Assembly (NCBI GenBank): GCA_002011125.2
Contig: MTMF02000009.1
Span: 1,832,989-1,896,988, forward strand
Length of the DNA stretch: 64,000 nucleotides
Direction: 5' to 3'
DNA from: Candidatus Hydrothermarchaeum profundi
Lineage (GTDB): Archaea; Hydrothermarchaeota; Hydrothermarchaeia; Hydrothermarchaeales; Hydrothermarchaeaceae
Shown here: one piece after another, positions 57,238-64,000 of the stretch
How the letters are laid out: each line of letters begins with the position of its first letter
Numbering within the stretch: position 1 is the first letter of the stretch
The notes under the pieces: model-generated
What the model was told of the DNA's origin: nothing
Database searches by the model: none
Seen by the model: the letters and a program-made list of their open reading frames with translations, nothing else
Translations under genes and position numbers: made by a program

Positions 57238-59145
57238 ATGTTTGAAATAAAATATAGAGACGCGTTGGGGAGGTTAGGCAGGTTTGAGGTACGGGGTAAG
57301 GTCGTCGAAACACCTCTCCTGCTACCGGTAATAAACCCTAAAATACAGCGGGTACCTTTGAAAGAAATTAAGCAAATGGGTTTTTCTGGTATTATAACAA
57401 ACAGCTATATAATAAAAAAAGACCCTGAATTGAGAGAAAGTGCGCTTAAAAAAGGAATCCATAAGACAATAGGTTTCGACGGTTTAATAATGACAGACTC
57501 GGGTTCTTATCAGCTTTATAGGTACGGAAAAATCGATGCAACCCCTGAAGAAATGGTTAAATTCCAAATTGACATCGGCTCTGATATAGGAGTTATTTTA
57601 GATGTCCCCTCTCTGCCAGACGCTAGTTGGGAAGACGCAAAAAGAAACCTACTAGAAACCCATAGGAGAGGAGAGAAGAGCATGCTTATTCCTAGAAACG
57701 GGATGTTACTTTCAGGTACAGTGCAGGGCGGAATTTATGCTGACTTACGTGAAGAAAGTGCTAAAAAGATGAGTAAAGTAGGGTTTGATCTGTATCCTAT
57801 AGGGGGAGTTGTTTCCTTACTCGAGAATTACCGCTTTAAAGACCTTGCAGAAGTAATAATGCATTCAAAGAAATTCTTACCGGTAGATAAACCTGTTCAC
57901 CTTTTTGGATGCGGTCATCCTATAATATTCGCCTTAGCGGTCGCTATGGGATGTGATATATTCGATTCCGCCGCCTATGCTCTTTACGCAAGAGATGATA
58001 GGTATATCACTTCAATGGGGACCTATAAGCTCGGACAACTTTCTGAGTTCCCATGTACTTGTGATGTCTGCTTAAACACTACTCCAGAGGAGATGAGGAG
58101 TATTGAAAAAGAAGACAGAGAAACTCTCTTAGCAAAACACAACTTATATGCAAGTCTAGAGGAACTAAAGAGAGTCAAACAATCCCTTGTAGACGGTACT
58201 TTATGGGAACTGGTAAGCATTAGAGCCAGAAGCCACCCTAGTTTACTTGATGCTTTTAAGGTTTTATTAGGATTTGAATTTGTAGAGAAGTTCGATCCAA
58301 TGACCAAAAAATCAGCCTTCTTCTATAGTAGCCAAGAGGACCTCGAAAGACCTGAAGTAAAAAGACACTTATATAGACTTAAGAATCTCGAAGTCAAGGG
58401 GGATATACTGATACTTCTTCCAGATGGAGAAAAACCCTATTCTAAAACATATGGCACCTTTAGTGATAGCAAGTATCATCTCTGTGTTGCTTCTCCCATC
58501 TTCGGTATCATACCTCTTGAACTTGAAGATATTTATCCTCTCGGACAACATGAAATTCCTGAATTTTTAAGAAAACGCATAATAAAAGAAGTTATTATGG
58601 AATATGCCAGAGGCTTTAAAAAAGTGTATATTTATGGAGAATTAGACATAGATCTGGGTGAAAAACTAGATTCTTTACCAGTACCTGATCTCAAAGAGGC
58701 AGACACCGTAAAAATCAGAGCTATAGGAGACTATCTTTTCGGAAAAGGAGCTGGGGAAATACTCTTCCATGATAGCCGGGTTGAAAGGTCTTCAAAAGGA
58801 AAAATAAGGAGAATAAAATCTGAAGATAACTCTCTCCTTGCAGTCATTAGAGCATCAGACGGCCAGATTATATTAACACCTAAAGGCGCTGAAAGATTGC
58901 TAAAAATGCCATGCCCAAAAAATAGAGTTATAGTGGATGATAAAGTATCTCAGTTCATACGGGAAGGGAAAAGCGTATTTGCGAAATTTGTCGTAGATTG
59001 CGATCCAGAGATTAGACCTTACCAAGAAGTAATCGTTGTTGATAGTGATGATGACGTATTAGCTACTGGGACAGCGATACTAAATAAGGAAGAGATGCTC
59101 GCATTTAATAAAGGTGTGGCGGTGAAAGTGAGGCACCATATATGA
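57238..59145 (+). CDS. tgtA: archaeosine tRNA-guanine(15) transglycosylase
   Basis: ETP.LLPVINP, ITNSY, MTDSGSYQ, VQGG, HLFG.GHP, FDSAAY, C-terminal PUA. Confidence 0.95.
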   Translation: MFEIKYRDALGRLGRFEVRGKVVETPLLLPVINPKIQRVPLKEIKQMGFSGIITNSYIIKKDPELRESALKKGIHKTIGFDGLIMTDSGSYQLYRYGKIDATPEEMVKFQIDIGSDIGVILDVPSLPDASWEDAKRNLLETHRRGEKSMLIPRNGMLLSGTVQGGIYADLREESAKKMSKVGFDLYPIGGVVSLLENYRFKDLAEVIMHSKKFLPVDKPVHLFGCGHPIIFALAVAMGCDIFDSAAYALYARDDRYITSMGTYKLGQLSEFPCTCDVCLNTTPEEMRSIEKEDRETLLAKHNLYASLEELKRVKQSLVDGTLWELVSIRARSHPSLLDAFKVLLGFEFVEKFDPMTKKSAFFYSSQEDLERPEVKRHLYRLKNLEVKGDILILLPDGEKPYSKTYGTFSDSKYHLCVASPIFGIIPLELEDIYPLGQHEIPEFLRKRIIKEVIMEYARGFKKVYIYGELDIDLGEKLDSLPVPDLKEADTVKIRAIGDYLFGKGAGEILFHDSRVERSSKGKIRRIKSEDNSLLAVIRASDGQIILTPKGAERLLKMPCPKNRVIVDDKVSQFIREGKSVFAKFVVDCDPEIRPYQEVIVVDSDDDVLATGTAILNKEEMLAFNKGVAVKVRHHI

Positions 59146-59726
59146 GCCTTGAAAGAGTAATAGAAGAAACGAAAGATTTTTTCTTACCCTACGGCCCCTT
59201 GGGGTTGTTTGCGCTTGCCTTCATAGAGTCATCGTTTTTCATAGTGCCACCAGACGTTCTTCTTATTCCTTTATGTCTTGTTAACCCAGAACTCGCATTT
59301 TTTTACGCTTCGGTATGCACTATTGGATCAGTTAGTGGCGCAATTTTCGGATATTATATAGGGAAAAAAGGAGGACGTCCTGTACTCCTTAAATACGCTT
59401 CAGAAGATAAAATAAAAAAAGTCGAAGAACTCTTCAGAAAACACGGGACACTAGCTGTCGGCCTTGCAGGATTTACCCCTATACCTTACAAAGTATTTAC
59501 CATTTCGTCAGGAGTATTCAACCATAAAATCCACCCATTTATTATTGTCTCGCTAATCGGCAGAGGACTGAGGTTCTTTTCCCTTGCAGCAATAATTAAA
59601 CTTTATGGAGATAAGATTATGGGAATTATATCCTCGTACTTCGAAGCTTTTTCTTTAGCTCTTGGTCTAGCGGTTCTATTAATCTATATAGCGTACAGAA
59701 AAATGTCCTCCCCGAAACGATTATAA
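59142..59726 (+). CDS. YqaA/VTT (DedA-like) membrane protein
   Basis: AF.ESSFF.VPPD, GFTPIPYKVFTI.SG, GRG.RFF. Confidence 0.9.
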   Translation: MSLERVIEETKDFFLPYGPLGLFALAFIESSFFIVPPDVLLIPLCLVNPELAFFYASVCTIGSVSGAIFGYYIGKKGGRPVLLKYASEDKIKKVEELFRKHGTLAVGLAGFTPIPYKVFTISSGVFNHKIHPFIIVSLIGRGLRFFSLAAIIKLYGDKIMGIISSYFEAFSLALGLAVLLIYIAYRKMSSPKRL

Positions 59727-59752
59727 GAGCACTGTGTAGAGAAAAAGGTCTT

Positions 59753-61090
59753 ATGAAAAGGCTGATTATAGCACTTTTATTAATTACTGCAGTAGTATAC
59801 GCTGAGCCTACTCCAGGTCTTTTATGGAGATACGACACTGGAATGCCTATAAGTGATATTGCGATCTCATCTGACGGAAGCAAGATAGTAGCCGCAGCGG
59901 GGGATTATGTTTACATGCTTAACAGAAGCGGAAAGCTTGTTTGGAAAGTCAGATTAGATACTCCCCCTCAAAGTGTCGCCATAACTGAGAAAGGGAATGT
60001 AATTGCTGGAGATGAAGAATCCGTATACCTTTTCAATACTACGGGTCATGAGATATGGAAAAAATATATTGGAGATTATATTAGAGACCTTTCAACTGGC
60101 GAGGGAAAGATCGCCGCAGGTTCTAAGACCAGGAAACTCTATATGCTGAATGAAGGCGGTGAATTTTTATGGATGCGATCTTTAGACTCAACGGTTTATA
60201 GAGTTGATATATCTTCTCACAAAGTAGCCGCTGTGACGACTTCTGGGAGGGTTTATGTATTCGATATTCAAGGAGAACCCCTGTGGCAAGTGAATACTAA
60301 CCGTTTTGTTGAAGGGCTTACTATTTTTGGTGAAGATGTAATATCAGGAACAAATTACTTGACATATTGGAGAAACGGGAAAATTATTGGATACTTCATC
60401 GAGAAAGGCGGCGTTACAGGACTTGATGCCAACTTGGAATACTTACTAGCAGGTTTTGGAGATGGCTATCTATATGCCGTAGAGTATAATAGAAGCCTTT
60501 TATGGAAATATGAGATTGGATCTATCAATGGAGTATCTACTAGTTTGGACGGCAATTATTTCGCTGTAGCATCTGGAGATGAGGTTCTTTTTTTAACTCC
60601 TCCGGATACTATACCTCCAGCAGTAAAAATAGTGACCCCTAAATCAGAAAGCACTGTTTCGGGGATAGTAAAAATAAGCGCAGAAGTTGATGAAGACGTT
60701 TCCACCATACAGGTTTTTATAGACGGAAATTATGCATGTGGAATCTTACCTTGCAATTGGGATACAAGCGCTTCAACTGAAGGAATTCATGAGATAATGG
60801 TTAGGGCAATTGATAGCGGAGGGAATATAGGAGAGGATAAGATTGAAGTGACGGTGAGGAGAACACAGATCTCAAATTTAACCGAGCAAATAGAAGAAAA
60901 GAAAGAAGAGCTGGAAAAAAAGAAAGAGGAACTGGAAGAAAAAGTAGAAATTTTGCCTATTGTGAAGACTTCGTCCTCCAGATACCGAGAGACTCTGATA
61001 AAAGGAATAATTTTGGTGTTTCTGGCTATATTTTTAATAGGGATAATAAAGAGAAAGAAGAGAAGAAAGTATAGATTCAAGAGAAGGTAA
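59753..61090 (+). CDS. surface beta-propeller (PQQ-like repeats) plus Ig-like domain, C-terminal TM
   Basis: repeated G..LW motifs, DT.PP.V.I.P..WDT...G.H.I.VRA.D..GN Ig domain, coiled linker, TM plus basic tail. Confidence 0.85.
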   Translation: MKRLIIALLLITAVVYAEPTPGLLWRYDTGMPISDIAISSDGSKIVAAAGDYVYMLNRSGKLVWKVRLDTPPQSVAITEKGNVIAGDEESVYLFNTTGHEIWKKYIGDYIRDLSTGEGKIAAGSKTRKLYMLNEGGEFLWMRSLDSTVYRVDISSHKVAAVTTSGRVYVFDIQGEPLWQVNTNRFVEGLTIFGEDVISGTNYLTYWRNGKIIGYFIEKGGVTGLDANLEYLLAGFGDGYLYAVEYNRSLLWKYEIGSINGVSTSLDGNYFAVASGDEVLFLTPPDTIPPAVKIVTPKSESTVSGIVKISAEVDEDVSTIQVFIDGNYACGILPCNWDTSASTEGIHEIMVRAIDSGGNIGEDKIEVTVRRTQISNLTEQIEEKKEELEKKKEELEEKVEILPIVKTSSSRYRETLIKGIILVFLAIFLIGIIKRKKRRKYRFKRR

Positions 61091-61102
61091 CTCACTAATC
61101 TA

Positions 61103-61176
61103 GGGCGGGTGGTCTAGATGGTTATGACGGCAGTCTCACACACTGCAGGTCGAGGGTTCGAATCCCTCCCCGCCCA
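61103..61176 (+). tRNA. tRNA-Val(CAC)
   Basis: GGGCGGG/CCCGCCC-A acceptor, GCAGT-CTCACAC-ACTGC anticodon arm, GAGGG-TTCGAAT-CCCTC T arm. Confidence 0.95.
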
Positions 61177-61264
61177 TATATCTGAGTCATCAACTGAGTT
61201 AATAGATTTGACTTAAGAAAAAGAGCATACGGCAAGGCATCTACGATAAAAGATTTTAACTACG

Positions 61265-62263
61265 TCATTCTAAACTTAACACAGCCGTTCCTTTGATCTT
61301 TGATTCTTTGAGCAAACGTAGGACTTTATTAGCTTCGGCAAGTGAGAAAGTAGAAACCTCTGTGCGTATTGGTATATCCCCTGCAAGCTTAAGAAGTTCC
61401 ACAGCGTCCTTTCGAGTCATATTAGCAACACTCTGAATACTGCGTTCCCCATAAATTAAGTTATAGTCCATCCTAGGTATAGGGCTCATATAGATCCCTG
61501 CTGTTACTAGCGTTCCTCCCTTGTTTAGAGTTTTCAACGCCTCAGGCACCATCCATCCAGCTGGAGCAAATATGATGGACCCATCCATCTTTTGTGGAGG
61601 AATATCACTCGCCCTTCCTACCCATTCAGCCCCAAGCTGTATAGCTAGCTTTTTATGTTCAGGGCTACGCGTAAACACAAAAACACAACACCCGAGATGT
61701 CGCGCAACTTGAATAGTAATATGTGCAGATGACCCAAATCCGTAAATCCCGAGATTATGCCCCTCTCGTACACCACTTAATTTTAATGCTCTGTAGCCTA
61801 TAACACCAGCACAGAGTAGAGGCGCTGATTCATGAAATGAAAAATCATTAGGTATAGAATAAGTGAAGTCCTCTCTTGCTATAGCATACTCTGCGTATCC
61901 CCCATCCACATGATATCCTGTAAATTGAGCTTTTTCACAGAGATTTTCAAGGCCGTTAGCACAATATGTACACTTTCTACATGCAGAATACAACCAAGGC
62001 ACTCCCACTTTATCACCAGTGTTAAATTTAGTGACTTTGCTACCCTGCTCAACTACTTCCCCTACAATTTGATGCCCCAATATTAACGGCAACTTAGAGT
62101 CCGGCAGTTCCCCTTCAGCTATATGCAAATCCGTACGACATACGCCACATGCTCGCACTCTGATAAGTATTTCCTTCTCGCTTGGGTGTGGTTTAGAAAC
62201 TTCTTCCAGTAACAATGGTTCGTCTTCTATAGGTTTCGGGTTTCTGAGTACCATTGCTTTCAT
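61265..62263 (-). CDS. zinc-dependent alcohol dehydrogenase family protein
   Basis: CGVCRTD, GHQ.VG, C..C..C....ENLC, APLLCAG, GFG. Confidence 0.93.
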   Translation of the reverse strand: MKAMVLRNPKPIEDEPLLLEEVSKPHPSEKEILIRVRACGVCRTDLHIAEGELPDSKLPLILGHQIVGEVVEQGSKVTKFNTGDKVGVPWLYSACRKCTYCANGLENLCEKAQFTGYHVDGGYAEYAIAREDFTYSIPNDFSFHESAPLLCAGVIGYRALKLSGVREGHNLGIYGFGSSAHITIQVARHLGCCVFVFTRSPEHKKLAIQLGAEWVGRASDIPPQKMDGSIIFAPAGWMVPEALKTLNKGGTLVTAGIYMSPIPRMDYNLIYGERSIQSVANMTRKDAVELLKLAGDIPIRTEVSTFSLAEANKVLRLLKESKIKGTAVLSLE

Positions 62264-62308
62264 TGGTTATACACATCCTTGATGTGACTATTAAGGCTTA
62301 TTGAAAAC

Positions 62309-63064
62309 TCAACGTATTAGGAGTACGTTAGTCTTTGCGTTTTCTAGCACGTAGAGAGACACATGCCCTAATAAGGCCCTCTCTAATTTGCCAAGACCTC
62401 TAGGAGCTAATGCAACCAGGTCATAATGATTCGCGTTTTGAAGAATTACATCTCTAACCTGGCCCCCCTCTATCAGCTTTTTCACATTCTTTATCGAGAG
62501 CTGATTTAACATTTCTGCTGCCTTATTTACCGCTTCCTCTCTCTTTTTCTGCTCTTTATTTTCCCTAGCTACCGACAAAACCGTTATTTCTCCTTCTAAG
62601 CCCTTAGCAAACATGCCTGCAAATTTCACGGCACGGCTTGAATGCTTACTCCCATCTGTACAAACGAGGATTTTCTCTAACTTATCCCCCTTACGGTATA
62701 TTAACGTTGGAATATGGGAGTATTCAGCGATTTTTTTTGTAAGTTTTTTATCAGTATCTTTCATTAAAAGTAAATCATAGTGTTTTTCTGCCTCATCAAG
62801 AACCTGTGAGGCAACCGCTCCTCCTCTTTTAAGCATTACAACTTCCTCGCCAAGGCACTTTATTATCTTTTTTAGTGCTTTTTTCTCTTCTTCAGGTATT
62901 TTTCCAAGTTGTATGCTAAAAGGAGAGTAATATTTCTGCGTTATATCACTTCTAACACATAGCGCTGTTATTTTTCCTTTTAGTGAGGTACAGAGTTTCA
63001 TCGCAATTCTAACAAGCCCTTCACTCTCCTGGTAAGGGGGACATAACATAAGTAATATATGCAT
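62309..63064 (-). CDS. universal stress protein (tandem USP domains)
   Basis: ILVCTDGS, G.V...IL, RG......LLG.VS, VLLIR. Confidence 0.88.
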   Translation of the reverse strand: MHILLMLCPPYQESEGLVRIAMKLCTSLKGKITALCVRSDITQKYYSPFSIQLGKIPEEEKKALKKIIKCLGEEVVMLKRGGAVASQVLDEAEKHYDLLLMKDTDKKLTKKIAEYSHIPTLIYRKGDKLEKILVCTDGSKHSSRAVKFAGMFAKGLEGEITVLSVARENKEQKKREEAVNKAAEMLNQLSIKNVKKLIEGGQVRDVILQNANHYDLVALAPRGLGKLERALLGHVSLYVLENAKTNVLLIR

Positions 63065-64000
63065 CAGCTCACTCTCACCTTCTCACATTCGTTGAATACG
63101 TTTTTACTACATTCTCTACAAATACTTTTATCTAAGTAATAGTTAAAAGCACTTGAGATTGCCTCCTTCTTTGTCTCATGTACTTCTAGGTGCTCAATCA
63201 GTCCTTCTTTTGACAGCGAGTTAACAATCTCTTCTTCAACATGGATGAGTATGAGCCTTATATTTCTCCTTTCCATCTCATCTACTAAATCTCTAAGGGC
63301 TTCGATTCCTGAGGTGTCCATATAATAGACTGCAGCCATATCTATTATAAGACATTTCATACGATTGCATTTTTCAACTAAATGTAAGATTTCGTCTCTA
63401 ATTTGCTCGGCGTTAACAAATATAAAAGGTCCTTCTGGTTTTATTATGAAAAGCTGATCGCACCAGCTTTTTGGCTCTTCAGGTATGGAAATAAAATATC
63501 CTGTTTCTTTATCTCTCACAGTAAAATAGATCTTGGTATGCATCGTCTTCCACAAATGAAGAGCGAGAGCTAATACCACGCCTACTATTAGACCGGTGTC
63601 GGGCTTTGTAATTATAGAAACTCCGAAGGTAGTGAAAGCTACCAAGCCGTCATATCTATTTATCCTGTATATCTCCAAAAGTTGCCTTGGCTTAAAAAGC
63701 TTCATTACAGCTAAGATAACGATTACAGCTAAGATGAACTTTGGAAGATAATAAAAGAGAGGTGTTAAAACAGTGATCGAGAGTAATACGAAAAAACTGA
63801 ATATTATTATAGACATGCCAGTACGTGCACCGCTTGACCAATTAACACTAGTACCCGAAAAGCTTCCACAAACAGGATATCCTTGGAAAAGAGAAGTTAA
63901 TATATTTGCCAGACCTTGAGCTCTAAATTCTTGTTCAAAATCTACTTTCTCTTTTGTATGATAGATTATAATCTTGGAAATAGAGTATGTTTCAGTCATG
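63064..64000 (-). CDS. SulP family anion transporter with STAS domain (5' part outside window)
   Basis: QE..AQGLAN, GSFS.T.VN..SGART, STAS (F.NA, ID...MD.SG). Confidence 0.9.
   Translation of the reverse strand, partial: MTETYSISKIIIYHTKEKVDFEQEFRAQGLANILTSLFQGYPVCGSFSGTSVNWSSGARTGMSIIIFSFFVLLSITVLTPLFYYLPKFILAVIVILAVMKLFKPRQLLEIYRINRYDGLVAFTTFGVSIITKPDTGLIVGVVLALALHLWKTMHTKIYFTVRDKETGYFISIPEEPKSWCDQLFIIKPEGPFIFVNAEQIRDEILHLVEKCNRMKCLIIDMAAVYYMDTSGIEALRDLVDEMERRNIRLILIHVEEEIVNSLSKEGLIEHLEVHETKKEAISSAFNYYLDKSICRECSKNVFNECEKVRVS

Noticed and set aside
60890-60945. GAAGAAAAGAAAGAAGAGCTG-like tandem repeat
   Set aside because: Encodes an ordinary EEKKEEL coiled-coil linker.
1-64000. Genome-wide reassignment of TAG to Pyl
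   Set aside because: Several conserved genes end at TAG at their expected C-termini, and internal TAGs were seen only in mtbB and mtmB.

Overview
Gene-dense, AT-rich archaeal chromosome window. It carries Hel308, Cdc6, TFE, aTrm56, arcTGT, a class I CCA enzyme and GGTGA/GGAGGTG ribosome-binding sites. It is very likely from a thermophile (BpsA plus SpeD, TtuA-like thiolase) that uses F420/H4MPT (mtd, cofGH). The mix with multiheme cytochromes would fit a Hydrothermarchaeota-like lineage, but taxonomy is inference only. The centrepiece is a ~12 kb methylamine-utilisation locus (about 45.0-56.2 kb). It holds pyrrolysine-encoding mtbB and mtmB, each split in the ORF track by an in-frame TAG at the canonical Pyl position and followed by hairpins, plus their corrinoid proteins, RamA and a divergent Amt-type permease. 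It also holds a MoxR-type AAA+ gene joined to a vWA gene by an A9 -1 frameshift site. No CoM methyltransferase or pyl genes are in the window. Other highlights: a tandem cassette of two identical pentaheme cytochrome c genes each followed by a diverged surface protein; sharply bounded islands where coding-strand third-position A has essentially vanished; a class III RNR homologue lacking its thiyl-radical cysteine; an HdrDE-like/CMD/DsrE/TusA module; a probable ATT start codon; leader uORFs; structured intergenic RNAs; two tRNAs; and one decayed plus one apparently intact toxin-antitoxin locus. All calls come from motif reading by eye; no searches were run.
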